Numbered from the stretch's first letter, positions 1 to 13,549 are shown. The stretch is 64,000 nt of DNA from Perna viridis (GCA_037379345.1 CM074521.1:10838247-10902246), one strand, 5' to 3'. Numbers and translations are program-made. Notes: generated by a model from the letters alone, not told the origin.

Positions 1-1
1 A

Positions 2-910
2 TTTCAGTACTCCGTGCGGCTACAATACCAAGATTTGGCGCCTTTTTCTGTTTATGCTTTAGACACACCAGGAACACAGTACAACGTTGTCACATATTGC
101 CAGATTTTAGGGTTTTGTTACGTTGCTGTGACACGAGGCACAATTAACGACGGAACGTCGAACGTGTCTGTAAAGTTACCGAATGACAGATCAATCAAAA
201 TTAAACTAAACGAAAATTACTACCAAAACGGACAAGAGTTCACTTTTCAGCTTAAAAATTCACAAATTGCTGTATTTGAATGCAAAGCCTGTGATTTGAC
301 TGGTACCACCATTAACAGCTCCTCAAATCTTGTTGTTTTCGCTGGAGGAAGGGAAACTGTTGTGAGAACAGGGAATTCTACTACTTCTTTTATCTCCCAG
401 ATTTTTCCGGTTAATACCTGGGGAAGATCGTTCTTTCTTTTTGGATCTGAAGCAAGTAACGTAGGCGATATTTTCCGTGTGATATCACGATATGATGACA
501 CTGTAGTAAAAATGGACAAATTCCACACAAGCAGACTTCGAAGTACAACGCAATGGATACAAAAGGCTCTCTATCCAGGGGACGTAGTCCACATATCCGC
601 AGATAAACCAATAATGATAGCACAGATAATTACAAAGGCTTCCGGTCAGTCTAAAATGACGATAGTACCGCCAATCGAGCAATATTATGATACGGAATTT
701 TCCGTCAAATGTCAATTTGAAGGATTATCAATTTACAGTACAGATAATCCTGGTCCGATTTATAAACCTATTGGATTGTCAGGATATGTTTATGTACCCT
801 TCAATGCCACAGAATGTTCACTGGGCAAGGCAAATGGGATTATAGTTGTAGTTAATAGGATTGATGCATCTATAATTGATATGCAATATATTTCAAACCC
901 AGTATTGAAG
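2..910 (+). CDS. Gene 1 exon (5'-truncated): IgGFc-binding-like domain 1
   Basis: Frame is open from position 2. Motifs typical of FCGBP N-terminal domains: DLTGTTINSSSNLVVFAGG, QIFPVNTWGRSF, HISADKPIMIAQ, MTIVPPIEQY. Donor AAG|GTAAGG at 910/911, phase 0. Alignment with the 24853 exon implies roughly 90 more codons upstream of the window. Confidence 0.85.
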
Positions 911-1984
911 GTAAGGCTGAGTTTTACTATGAATTATTAACCAACTTACTACAATATGTATAGAAATGCCCATCCTTTATGAACCGAAAATTTCGACAAC
1001 TGGTAATCGCGAACCGGAAATTCCTACAGCCAGTCATTACGAAATCACAGCCATGCATTACGAATTTCTAAACAGGGCATAAATACTGGGCCATTATGAA
1101 CTAAATCAAAATAGCGTACATTTCTTAAAATAAGTAACAACTTAAATTAAGAGTGACCTAATAATTCAAATAATTAGATTAGAATACTTAAAGTTGCTGA
1201 AAGATGGTACTGGGCATAAGTACATTGAACTATTAGGTATCTTTAATCATAAGCTTTAAATTTACAATTTGGGGGTATTATTGGAAAAGGCATGCAACAA
1301 AAATGAAATCTCGAAGCGGGAGCACATACTTTTCTATACAGAAATGCAAAAGAAAAAAGACGACTTGCGTGTTTCAGTGATTTTCAGACGAAATTTGCAG
1401 TCAAATCTCATTGTTTTACACGAATCCAGGTGTTGAAATTAATGTTCAAACTGAATTTCTTTTCTCTTTTTACTCACCTACCTTGTGCGCTCCTCTGTCA
1501 AAATAACATTTAAAAATAGCTTGATTACAGATCAAAATGCACTTAAAAGCACGGTTTTTACCTAAAAAATTACCAAATTATCATTTTGTTTGGTTGTTTT
1601 TTTTTCAAATTTCCCTGGTCACATGCTAGGACAGTATCAATAAACCTAAGAACGGAAACAACCCAAATATTCCGTAAATTATGGATATCTGAAAAGTCAT
1701 GGTTTTTGTCGGGCGATTGCTCACGTGATTGATTAGCTCATAAATATTCATTTTTGGTGATCGCAATTTCTCCATATTATAATCTATAAGGTATGTATAA
1801 TCTTGTACTTGTCTATAAATTTACGATTTTTTGGTGGGATTATTGGAAACGACAACGAAACCTTCATGATTTATTTTCATAAATATTTGATTCATCGAGA
1901 TATGAACTTATATTTAATTAATGTATAATATGTATTGATAATAGATTCTGACTATGTCCTGAAATAAAGTTGGTTAATAAAAAT

Positions 1985-2156
1985 ATCAATGCATGGCCAT
2001 TTCCATATTGGCCCTGTAACATGCCCTTGGTATTAATAATGTCCTCAGATGGCTGTAATGGCCCTCGGCGTTGCCTTGGCTATTGTAGTCATCCTTGGCC
2101 ATTATTAATACCTTGGACATATTACAGGGCCAATATGGAAAAGGCCACACATTAAT
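1985..2156. repeat. Long imperfect palindrome (arms about 80 bp)
   Basis: tggccatttccatattggccctgtaacatg... versus ...catattacagggccaatatggaaaaggcca. Confidence 0.85.
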
Positions 2157-3005
2157 ACTATGGTATTTTTATATATTACATGGTGTGCATTCTTCTATTT
2201 TCATGGGTTATTAAGGCCATGTGATTCAATGGATATTCAGCGTACCGTCATGTTTTTATTTATATGTATATGGAAGCTTTATTTCTATTTTTATATACAT
2301 TGACACTATGTTTTTAAAAATGGAAACGGATACAAACCGTTCCGAAGTCTCGGAAGGAACTTGAAAATTAATACAGTGATAGAGTTAAATATGCTAAACA
2401 TGATTTTTGCAAAACTATGGAAACGAAATGTTCCCGTTGCCAAAGAAATCGATTTTCCCTCCTAAATTTCAAAGTGCGCCGATTTGAATGAAAAGTTTGA
2501 CATGCCGAGGCCGTAAATTTTGAGGTTTCAAGACGATCATAAAGTCGACGTTGCCATAGTGACCGACTTCAAAATTTCAAAATGCTTCGTCAAAGATGAA
2601 AATGAAATGCCGAGTCTCAATTTAGAGTACATAATATGCAATATCATTTCCAAATGCACCTTTTACATGTTTAATATATAAATTTTCTCGGTCAATGAGT
2701 TAAAAATGTATATGGACCCGTTTGAATATATTCACTGGTCCATATACCTGTATAACGTATTGAATTCCTTAAAAGTCCATAATTGATAAATACCAGAGTT
2801 TTTATACCTTTAGGCACAAATGATGATGGTATTTATCCTATATTATTTATTCAACATTACACTTTAGTTCTAAACAAGTAAGAGTTAAAATTTAATGTTA
2901 CTGCACCTAATGTCCCTCTGTGAGTCTCCTTGTTTTTGTTTTTGTTTTCTTTTGGTTTGTTTTTTTTTGGGGGGGAGGGGGTAGTTTATGATGCTAATGC
3001 TTTAA

Positions 3006-3033
<28 letters not shown>
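3006..3033. repeat. (GT)n microsatellite
   Basis: Direct observation. Confidence 0.95.
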
Positions 3034-3036
<3 letters not shown>

Positions 3037-3912
3037 GTCATGCTTTTCTTATCTCCAATTTTTAGAAATTATTTATTTTATTCGGTTCGCTACAATGTAA
3101 TGTATGTAGATCGACTTTGTTCCCTGATTATACGTTCTGATTATGGATTTGGATTTTGACGTACGTGTCCCATTGTTCCCGCTTCGGTATTTTTGTCGAT
3201 ACATGTAATGACAGTTGGAACAATCATTGATACAACATTCAAACTTGATACAGCTCTTAATTTAGATTGCCAGAAAATTCTTAATATTTGCTCTAAGACA
3301 CAAGAAATATGCAATTTATACAAATTTAAAGAAAATGCTTAATATTTCTGACCCCCTACTCTATGGCTCATGACCCTTGTGATAAAATTTTATACCAATC
3401 CATACAAACATACCGGTACCTAAAATATGAATGAAGGTAGACCTATGGTAAGGGACATATCTCATGAAATCAGTGATATGTTTGCATCATACTCAATTTC
3501 ACCAAAGCCTCTCCAGCTTCCGTTTGATGCAGAATAAATTCAAGTTAGTTAGATGCTTACATAAGATTCATGTAAAATGTTGAATACAAACCTTCCAATG
3601 CTTTTTAAGAGTTATGTCCCTTACCCTAGGTATACCTCTTTAATTATAATGAAATACGTGCTTTTTGGTTCTTTTTACCCATATACTAAACAGTAAGTTC
3701 ATAACTCCCTAAACCAACTAAAATATTTCTTTTATGGAATCTTATTGAAAAATTGTAAGGAGGTCCATACTGTTTTACTCATTCCATTATGTAGAAACAG
3801 GCAATCTAATTAAAATTAAACCTATCAATTTTTCCATTCAGTCACTGCATGTAGGATCTAACAATACTGTGACGCTATTCGTTTTTCTGTTTAGATGTAG
3901 AAGCTACATATA

Positions 3913-4084
3913 CAGTGAAACCTGTCTAAACCGAACCCTGAATTAACCGAAACCCTGCCTAAACCAGACAACTCCTGAGGTCCCATTGTGTCTGTGTCAT
4001 TTTGAACCTGGTTAAATCCTACACCTGTCCACCCCGACCGAATTCTACAGTCCGAAAGGGGTTCGGTTTAGAGAGGTTGTACTG
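3913..4084. mobile_element. TA-flanked pogo/Tc1-mariner-like MITE family C; related copies about 14048-14330, 44480-44657, 51900-52045, 52300-52482
   Basis: TA|CAGTGAAACCTGTCTAAACCGAACCC ... GGTTCGGTTTAGAGAGGTTGTACTG|TA. Confidence 0.8.
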
Positions 4085-4181
4085 TAAATACTTATTCTTT
4101 GTACATTGTATGCACTTTTTGAAACAGCCATTTGGTTTAGGTTGTGAGATAATGCAACGATATATTTTGTCTTCCTTTTAA

Positions 4182-4575
4182 GTAGCACTCCAGCTAATAA
4201 TCATGCAAAATGTGATTCATGGATTAAAAGCCTACATATTTTTATTTTTGATATTTTGTTTGAAATGCCATAATAAATAGAAATAAACATTCAATTTTTC
4301 ATATAACCCGTGTTCTTAGGACATAAAACATATAGAATGCACTGTAGATTTCAAAATTAAGGGAGATAACTCTGTATATGACACTCGAATACAAAAGAAC
4401 CTATTGGATTTTTAATGTTGATTACCTCCTAAGAGCAGGTAGATTTGAATAAATAATTACACATTTCATAGTTTAGACCTATAAAACAACTTAATTACAA
4501 AAATAAAAATATGTAGCCTTTTTGGGGGTGTATCACGTTTTTCATATTTTGCATGATTCTTACTAAGACTACTAC
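4182..4575 (+). mobile_element. MITE family A copy
   Basis: Homologous to 42907-43301, more diverged. Confidence 0.8.
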
Positions 4576-5067
4576 TAAACCCTTAAAAAGCAAGATTTTG
4601 ATATTTCTGTAAAAAAAATGTACTATTGACGATTGTCAAATGGAAAAAATTCTGAATTGCAAGTACAAATAAGGCCTTTTTCAACGAGAAACCACATGTA
4701 ATAATATTCTGAAAACTGAATGCAATTTAAAAAAAAGGATCAAATTTATTTTACCTTAATCTATCTTCTTTTAGACTAAGAGGGTGTGAAAAGCATATTA
4801 ATTCCTTTTTAACAGCTTATCATTGATCAGCAATGACCACTTAAAAAGGAAATGTACGCTAAATTGGCTTCGCCTTCATGATTCTTTTTCATAATCCATA
4901 TCTTATCCTAGTTTAACTTATAAACGAGAATTGATATGGTAAATATGTCAAAGGCACAACAACCCCACCGGAATGAAAAATGTCAATTAAATGCCATCCA
5001 TGGGTCTTCAATGAACGACGAGGAACCCCTCACACCATTTGGGCAGGTTTCAGCTGCCCCCCTCCCC

Positions 5068-5098
<31 letters not shown>

Positions 5099-5268
5099 CT
5101 CAAGCAACATAAAAGTAACCTGAAAGTGGTTACGAAACAAGATGTACAAAGGCCAGGAATGTCTGACTTAGGACAGGCGGAAAAGTGCGGCGGAGTTGTG
5201 TATATTTTCAGTTTAAACAGGGACTGGTTTAGATAGGTTTCAGTTTTACACTGTGATAAACATTTTAG

Positions 5269-5371
5269 GAAATATTTGTGACTAAACCAATGGTGGCTGG
5301 TGACATGGAGGACAATGATAACGATGGACAGATCGATGAAGACACTTGCGGATACAAGCAGTTCTTTTCCG
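5269..5371 (+). CDS. Gene 1 exon: acidic DxDxDG motif (EIFVTKPMVAGDMEDNDNDGQIDEDTCGYKQFFS)
   Basis: Acceptor cattttag|GAA is phase 0, matching the 910 donor. Donor G|gtaagt is phase 1. GDxxDNDxDGxIDED motif. Confidence 0.85.
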
Positions 5372-5756
5372 GTAAGTATCATTATATTATTTACCAACCT
5401 TTTCCATTGGAAATGCCAAGCTCCGAACAGAGTCTGACGTTCGAAACTCACTCCAGACGCCTCTGCGAGAATCTTGAAGTGTCAGACGACGTCTGAATTT
5501 CGAAAGGCCTGTGTATGACGGTTAGTAAAAGAGAATGAACATCTACCGCTGCATGGAGAACGTAGGAATACATGTACCGAGTCAGGACATTTGTAGTTCC
5601 CTATTTTTTCTTTTGACTTTAACCTCGTTTTTAGCATTTCGGTAATTTTGGTTATTACCCGTTACTTAGTCTTTCTGGTCATTAAATCGTTGCCAATTTT
5701 AAACGGAAACATACTGTCAATTGAAATATGTACCGATACGAAGCTCATTCTGTTCA

Positions 5757-7215
5757 ATATATATCTTTATTTCCTCTTCACAAGAGAGTATACTGGCAAA
5801 TAAAAAAATATATACTGTACGAAGCAAAAAAAAATAATAATATTTTTTTTGTAAAAATGAAACGAGGGGAAAGTTACTAGGGAGTCATTATTCAGGTAAA
5901 GTGTTCATAACAGATTCATCTGTCAAAATTCTAACTTTTGAGTCTCTTACAAATTTTTAAAGTCGTATAATACACAAATTTTGGAAAAAAAGTCCACCTC
6001 ACCACTTTCGAGTTTAAATGAAGTGTTGCATGAAAGTATTGTGCACGCTAAGTCAAGCGAAGAAAGATTATCCAAGAATACACTAAACTGGATTGGGTTG
6101 ATATTGATGATATCCCTCTATAAATCGTCTCATTCGCTGCTGACATGATCACATGACACCAGTAAATGTTCAATCAGGTTGTGAAAAAATGTTTCACACT
6201 TATCTCAGACCGAGCAGTTGATATGGTTCTGGTCTCACCATACAACAAAGGTCTGTTATATATTTCACATTGTCACGAAATTCAGGAAACTGCTTGAGAA
6301 CTGTCCATGCTCTATGTGGTTTAATCATGGGGTGTATTTTGGTGAACGTACTAAAGTTCGGATCCGACGAAACCCTTCCATACCACAGCGTTTGCTCAGT
6401 GTTTGTTGATATGGCTACGAACAATACTTGACCATTGTCTTTTGGACTAGAAAGTGCCAGAGTTTGCAAAGTCTACTATAAAATTTGCTAACCCATATTT
6501 CAGGGCGATTCGATAGATGTCGGGGATGAATCCAAGTTGTTCAGACACACACATATGTTTGTGTTCCATAAGTCTAGTAATCATAATTCGCTTCGGTAAA
6601 GCACTAGGTTGAAGTCTGCGAAGTCTGCCAAAGAATAAAAGTTTGCTCTTGTCCATGATACTTTCCAAAGTATTCCATCCTTGAAGACTAGTACATTTGT
6701 CTGATCGAGTACCTTGTGGGAGACCAATGCCATGTGGAATTTTACAGATAAAACGGCGAGCTCTTTCTAGCATTAATAGTTCGGTTTGAGACAGTGTATT
6801 CCAAAGCTCACATCCGTAAAGGGCTTCCCTGTAACACATATGAAGTATGATAGACGAACATGTCAACGGATTTAACATAGATGGATGGCATCCAGAATTC
6901 ATAACAGATATAGCGATTGAACATAGTAGTCTACAGGCTTTTGTCGTTTGGTCCATTGATCTGAACCTAGAGTCGAGTATAGAACTCCGACATGCATTGC
7001 AGATGTCACATTAGGTATAAGAACGTTGTATAAAGTCAGAGACAATGGTGAAATCCGTGCTTTGATGGGGGAAACGAAGATATTGCTTTTGGGTTATGAA
7101 AAACGAAAAGCTCACATTTTACAGTATGTTTGAAAAATGTTTATCACGGATTGCATTGCTTTTTCGAACGTTGACATCAAAGCTGTCGTCTGCTTGTATG
7201 GAGCTTCCAACACGG
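5757..7215 (-). mobile_element. 5'-truncated, decayed non-LTR retrotransposon (RT C-terminal half and 3' end)
   Basis: Minus strand has a (P)IQADD catalytic-like motif near 7190, then LYGCELW...LER...GLPQGTRSD...SKLLFFGRL (ORF 6447-6956) and a Cys/His remnant, ending GAGGAAATAAAG near 5765. Frameshifts and stops present. Confidence 0.8.
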
Positions 7216-7829
7216 ATGAAGATTTTCTAAATTGTCATCTCCGTATTGTTCGTGTAGGAGGTTTCTAAAAGGGAAATTTAAAATAACAATTATTGTTTTG
7301 TTCTGACCAGTACATGTGAGTAATTTTCTTTATTTCAAAAATCGATCTATTTCTATTGTTTTCTACAATCACAACAGAACCATTGCCCACGATAATCTCA
7401 ATAATGAATAAATTGCAGGATCTAAGTGAAGAAAGGTACCTCCATTTTAAATCTCCTTTTGTTTACAACCTTTTTTTTGTCATATCATCACAACCATCTG
7501 AACATTGTTAAAAATGAGCATCTCCGAAAAGTGATATTTCATGTCTTAAACTGCCACAAGTAAACTGGCACCATAATTTTGAAACCATAATGAACGCAGT
7601 TGCAGATTACACAAGAGCGCGGTCTTTGGAACAACGATGCGTTCGCAACCGCATGAATGGTAAACCAAAGTCAGTATATAAATGTCTCTTCTCCCATCAT
7701 TAAAAATAGTGTTGTTGATTCTGCGAACAAAGTCTCTAGCAACATTGTTTTCCAATTTAAAGCACAATACTGCTAAATCTGATTTAATATACCAATATCA
7801 TAACTTTGTCTATCTGAAGAACGGCTTCC

Positions 7830-8200
7830 TTGTATTTATGCGTCAAAACTAGAAATTGTAGAGACTACTGACACCACTTCCTCGGCACCATTTTTAGACA
7901 TTAACCTTCAAAACTGAGACAGTATTCATCTCAGCACAAGCACGGAACAATTTTGATTTTGAAAATTATAATTGCCTTTAACGTGCAGTAATATACTAGC
8001 TTCCCCAGCATATGGAATTTATAATTCTCAGTTGTGAAGGTATGCCAGAGGTACAAGTAGTGGTCACTATAATTCTCAGTTGTTAAGGTATGCCAGAGCT
8101 ACAAATAGTGGTCACTTCTCTGATTTCTTTATACGCAATCGATTTCTGACAGACAGGTTTTTGGAACAAGATAAAAATAATAGGCCTCATACGCTGTTTA
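7830..8200 (+). mobile_element. Decayed Penelope-like RT fragment with an internal 48-bp tandem duplication
   Basis: Translates IYASKLEIVETTDTTSSAPFLDI...SNILASPAYGIYNSQLLRYARA, homologous to 27510-27910. Duplication ataattctcagttg...tggtcact at about 8021-8116. Confidence 0.75.
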
Positions 8201-10100
8201 ACATCTAATCGTAATGGAAACGGTTTTGGGTTGGTGTTAGCGCGCTTAACAACTGGTTATCCCACCATTTTTGTGAGAAATGCTAAGTCGGGACCATTAA
8301 GGTAGAATCAGGCAACGTTTTGTTTTTTGCCTTGATATTGCCTTTCGTTACATAAATAAGAGTTTCCTTTTTGACTTCTCGTATTATTTATTGCCTAGAA
8401 TTTTTTTTGGATATTTTTGTACTGAACAGAAAGTGCCATATATGCCATTTTCACTACAGTACTAACATTGTAAGGGTATTCAATTTGACAATGAAAAATA
8501 TGTCATTTATGCGATTGAAGCTCCGACTAGCTCTAACGGGGAGTTGAATGACACGTGATTCTTAATGCAAGATTAAATTCCCTATAAAACAAAAGTAACA
8601 TTATAAATCAAGTGCAAAGAAAAGTAACTCTAACATCTTTTAATGACCAATTCATGGCACTAAATGTATACGAACTTCGACGATACGCTAGTTACATTAA
8701 ACAAATAATGGTAATATGAGAAAGGTGGAACATATGAATTCAAAAACCTAAGTCCTTTCATTATTTTTGTCAGCCGTGTTATTAAATTCCAAAATAGTGA
8801 AATTTGATATGATATCTGGTTTTATTGTCCTTATGCATTCTGTACTAAGCCGTATTGCATCATTTTCGTACACATTGTGGTGCCATGTTTTGAACATCCC
8901 TATCTTGGAAATAGCTTAGATTCGATTTATATTTAATCATCGAAGCCAGCTAATGTTTCCTAGACTGGTGTGGTTCTCAATCGCATTCAAAGTATACGAA
9001 AATGAAGCTGCCGTAATACTGTTTTTAAGTTCCCGATTTCACATGCATGAACCGGATATTGATGCTTTTTCTGCCCATAAGTATGCAGGACCCAGTTGAT
9101 TATACAGCCATTTAGGCTTCCTTCGGGGGCGTATAAAATGTATACCTGAGATGACATAGCTCAAAACTAAAGGGTGAAGTTTATTGCACATCTATGTGAA
9201 AAATAATACTTTGCACCACTACACAAAATACAATAACTAGAGCAGAGTAAAAAGACGTAAATTAAGTAATTGATAGAAATAGTAAAATTCATATGTTATA
9301 ACATCTATATTGAAACTAAATACCTTACCTCACATGTGATGCAAATGATTCATCCAATATCATCTAGTTACTACTGATCTAGTCTATTCTAACAAATGCG
9401 TGGATATCTACACAATAAAAACAGCAATCATAAGTCATGTTTTCCCATAACCACAATATGTCTAGTTCAAATGCTTTTATCAATAAAACAATGAAATATA
9501 AATATGTAAAACTGTCAGATATATGATTTTACACTTCAATTATGATAAGAGTCTATCAAATAACACATTCATCTAAGTCAAGTTGTTAATATTATTTTTA
9601 ACTTCTTTAGTTTTAACTTTTTAAATGTGGAATTAATTTCATATAATTTTAACTAATTTATCAAGTTTACCATAATTTCGCACTTTCACACTGAAAATTT
9701 CAATCTTCCGAAATAAGGGTCTAGAAAGTTAGTTAAGTGAATGTAAGCCAAACTATGAGAAAAAATATGGCTTCCGACCAAAAAGAACTTTCTAACCAAC
9801 AATAGAAAATTTCCTCCAAAAACTGAACTATATAAGGTCAGTGTCTCACTCTAATCAGCATACTATAAATAAGTAAAACACATGTACTGTCTAATATCAA
9901 AACATACAGGTACATGTACATACTGCACATGTATAGTTAAAGGTAAATCAAAGTACTGAAATACTGAGTACTGGTCTATGAACATTTGAAGTAATGAAAT
10001 AAAAGCAGCATAACAAGTCAATCAAAAACACATCAATAATAATAATCGTACAACCACAATATGAAAAACCCACTATAATACGCGATTTATAACTTTTCAG

Positions 10101-10239
10101 GATTTGAATTACATGTTGCACAGAAATTAAACTTTAATGAAGCCAAAGAACAGTGTGCCAAGTCGAATAGTGAGTTATGTGTAGCAAACACTCCTGAGAA
10201 GTTCCGAATTTTTAAGGAATATGTACGGGCAAAAAGGGA
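10101..10239 (+). CDS. Gene 1 exon: C-type lectin domain, first half (GFELHVAQKLNFNEAKEQCAKSNSELCVANTPEKFRIFKEYVRAKRE)
   Basis: Acceptor ttttcag| phase 1; donor GA|gtaagt phase 2. NFNEAKEQC...L matches the CTLD alpha1 pattern. Not in the ORF track. Confidence 0.85.
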
Positions 10240-10264
10240 GTAAGTATATTGACTACACATCATT

Positions 10265-12505
10265 CTTCTTCTTGTTGTTCGCCATTACACTTGAATGCCA
10301 ATCTCCTCAACAAATCTGACCGTCTTCTGTAGGTCTTCAACAGGTCCATACAGTTTCTCTGTAATGGGGGTTGGTTTATCCCATATCTTCTCTCTCTGTG
10401 CCTGGTGTAACTTGCACGTCCGCAGAAAGTGATCTGTATTCTGCTCTGCTTCTCCACAGGGACACATAGGTGATGGTATGACATTCAAAACTCCCTACAG
10501 ATGTTGGTTGAGTCTGTTGTGTCCTGTCCTGAGCCTGAATATTGTAGTTTGCTCAGATCTTTTTAGTTGATGGTAGCTATCTTGCTTCTGAGGGGTTCGT
10601 GCAGAGATTTGATGATGGTCTTCATCTCTGTTGTTGAAAGCCTTCCTTTGCTAGCTTATCTTCTTTTTCATTTCCGTTGATTCCACAATATGAAGGTATC
10701 CACTGTATGGCAGTTTTAAGGCTCTTGATGAAATAAACAGCTCTTTCAAGTTGTGGTAGTTTGTTGTTGGTCAGTGCTTGTATTACGGAGAGGGCTTCTG
10801 TTAGGAATACTACTTGCATATTTTCTGCGTTTTCCTTGATGTAATTTGCCGCATGAATGAGTGTTCTTCAGTTGGAGCAATGTACTCCTGTTGTTCTCCA
10901 TTTAGGTATTCTATGTAGATACCGGTCCCTCCTTTTGTTGTTGCATTTGTGGCTGAACCGTCTGTGTAAACTCTTGCCCACAATTCTGATGGATTCTCTT
11001 CTTCCAGCATGCTCATTGTTACGGTCTTTCTGACGATGTTTGATTGTTCATCTTTGGCACTGAGTAACGGAACTGTAGTCTGAATGGTTACATTGATGTT
11101 ATTTTCCTGACTGGGATTTAATTGCCCTTGTGAGTGCCTTGTGTGTTGCCTGTATCTCACTTGACCAGTATGGCTTGTAATTCTTTCTTATATCTCTTGG
11201 TATACTTTCCTTTTTTGCCTTTCATACAACAGTGTTGAATGCTTTCACCACATTGTTAATATTCTTTCCCTCTATTGCTATGTCGTCTGAATATAGCTGA
11301 AATATTGCTGCTCGGACGTTAAACCCCAACAAACAAACAAACAAATCTATTGCTATGTCCCTTGTAAGTTCATCTGTTCTAGCTTGACACATACTCCAAC
11401 TTATCTTCTTGTAATTCCATCTTGGTAGCTGAGCATTTTCAGATGTTGCTGTTTCTGCAATGGATATCATGACAGATCGATGATCACTGCCTCCTAACTG
11501 GTCACATACCTTTTTACTGATTTTTTGGTGTGTATAGTCAGTACATAAAGCTAGATCTGGTGTGGTGGTTGTATGCCATCGACGAGAATAAAAAGTAGGC
11601 GCGTCAGTGGCGTCGTTGACACGGATAAGGTGGTTTTCATCCTGCCAGTCTTCTATGGTCTCCACTCTTTTGTCCATGGTATTATACCCCCAACTTTGTT
11701 ATCATTGGGACAGTAGAAGTTAACGATGTTATACGAGCTTTCCCCAACAGTTGCTTTGATTTCAATGTATTCTGCTTCCTCCATAAACTTTTTTGTCTCT
11801 AAGGCATTAATGTTGTTTCTTACAAGAGTCATTACACCACCTTTCTTTCTTTCCTTTCTATCACTCCTGAAGACTTGGTATCCTCTGATCTTAAAAGATT
11901 TGTCCTCTTGCAGATGTGTTCCTTCAATACAGCAGGTGTTCACATTGTTTTCATGAACTAAGAAGGTGTTGAAGTTCTTCTCCCTTGTTTGATACCCCTT
12001 CTGCATTCCCCTGCTCAATGTGGTTGCTCTTTTCATTTCGGTTTGATTTTTCTATGGTCCGTAGCTCTCCTTGTTTGTCCCCTGACTCCACAAGACGAAA
12101 CTAAGGTACCTCCAGTAGCATTGGTTGGGCTCCTTGGAGACAGAGAGGCCGGCACTGCACCTGTTCATGGTTTCGAGTGTCATTTTGGCTGTTTGTGTGT
12201 GGTGTTGTGGTCTGTTCGAGGGCGCTGTATCACCTAACAATTCCGTCTTCAGCACTCTAGGGTTTCCGTCGGGGTCACCCTTAGCTTCTGAACAAAAGTT
12301 CTGATCCTGGAAGTACAGGAAGGAAGTTACAGATTCCTGGTTCTGGATTTTCCTCGAGGTTGTCTTCTGAAGCCTTTCCCTTGTCAAAGGGTGTAGCTGC
12401 AAGGCAGCGGAGCTTTTAGATCCGAGTTTTCCTTCTCCTAGATGGGCTACCCTCCAAGGTTTACGAGCTCCATCTACACAAGGCTATCTGGTTTTAAGGC
12501 GCCAG
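10265..12505 (-). mobile_element. Ingi/I-group-like non-LTR element with AP endonuclease and RNase H but RT deleted; 15-bp TSD
   Basis: TSD TGACTACACATCATT at 10250-10264 and 12506-12520. APE motifs (GYQVFRSDR..GGV, TPDL, GSDH), RNase H motifs (VYTDGSA, QWIPSYCGINGNE.DKLAK), C-terminal CPCG...H...C knuckle, (GAA/CAA)n tail. Confidence 0.88.
11285..11345 (+). mobile_element. 61-bp 3' tail of a SINE/LINE nested in the Ingi-like element; 14-bp TSD
   Basis: TSD TCTATTGCTATGTC at 11271-11284 and 11346-11359; insert ends ...ggacgttaaacccc(aaca)n. Confidence 0.85.
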
Positions 12506-12623
12506 TGACTACACATCATTGGGTGGATTCAAGATTTAAGGCTGGGGAACATCGAGAAATATTCAGCAAGCTGGACCAGTTGCCTTTTTTATTTTTAAAT
12601 TTGTTTCTCATTTTATTTTTTAA

Positions 12624-13017
12624 GTAGCTGTCCTTGTAAGAATCATGCAAAATCTGAAAAATGTGATACACCCCATACACCCCACACACCTACATATTTT
12701 TATTTTTGTAATTAAGTTGTTTTATGGGTCTATATTATAAAATTTGTAATTATTCATTCAAATCTACCTGCTCTTAAGAGATAATCAACATTAAAAATTC
12801 AATAGATTCCATTGTATTTGAGTGTCATTTACAGAGTTATCTCCCTTAATTTTGAATTCTGCAGTGCATTCTATACAATTTTTATCTCCTATGAGCACGG
12901 GTTATACGAAAAAACCAGGTGATAATTTCTGTTTACTGAAGCATGTTAAACAAAATATCAAAAATAAAAATATGTAGGCTTTCCAACCATTTGCATGATT
13001 CTTAGCTGGAGTGCTAC
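12624..13017 (-). mobile_element. MITE family A copy
   Basis: Reverse complement of 42907-43301; TTAA on both sides. Confidence 0.85.
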
Positions 13018-13549
13018 TTAATTTGTGCTTAAACCAAGATTCCATCCAAATCAGTCATATTTTTGATAGTTTGTAGATTTAATAAATATTTCAGATCTGC
13101 AACAAAGAATACATGTCCCATGTCTCCCTTTTCCATACATCCGGTTTAGAAAGTTTTAACTCAAATCTTCATCATAAAGCTTTATGAATATGAATATCAT
13201 GGTATAAAATTGAGCAAAACCTAACTACAAGTACCATGCTTGAAATCCCTTCCTTCTCAGAGGAAAAAAAAATTATCATACTCCACTCCTCGTCTGTAGC
13301 TTGAACAGTGCTGTCATCTTTTTTTTTGAAAGGTACTGTAAAAGAATTAAGTTTTTCGGTTGCTAATTTTCCCAAAACAATTTCGCGTTTTAAAAAAAAA
13401 CCTTATATAGTGTTAAAGATCGATTTCGCGTTTTTCTGTCCCCCGCTAAAATAACGAAAATAAGGATACCGCGAAAATCAATACATTTATAGTATTACCT
13501 CTTGAAAGTTTCTAGGCATCACGCTTGTCCGGTGTGATTTTGATTTCAG

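Noticed and set aside
1-16. atttcag as a splice acceptor, or GTG at 14 as start codon
   Set aside because: The frame is open from position 2 and the paralogous exon has about 90 more residues N-terminally, so the exon most likely begins upstream of the window.
5039-5451. Poly-Lys and poly-Phe ORFs
   Set aside because: Artefacts of a poly(A) run.
7378-7435. Possible exon EPLPTIISIMNKLQDLSEER (phase 1-2)
   Set aside because: No lectin Cys pattern; exon 10101-10239 fills the same phase slot with a proper CTLD half; weak donor.
12052-12402. 2A-like peptide in the Ingi-like leader ORF
   Set aside because: No D(V/I)ExNPGP motif; DPDGNPR is only superficially similar.
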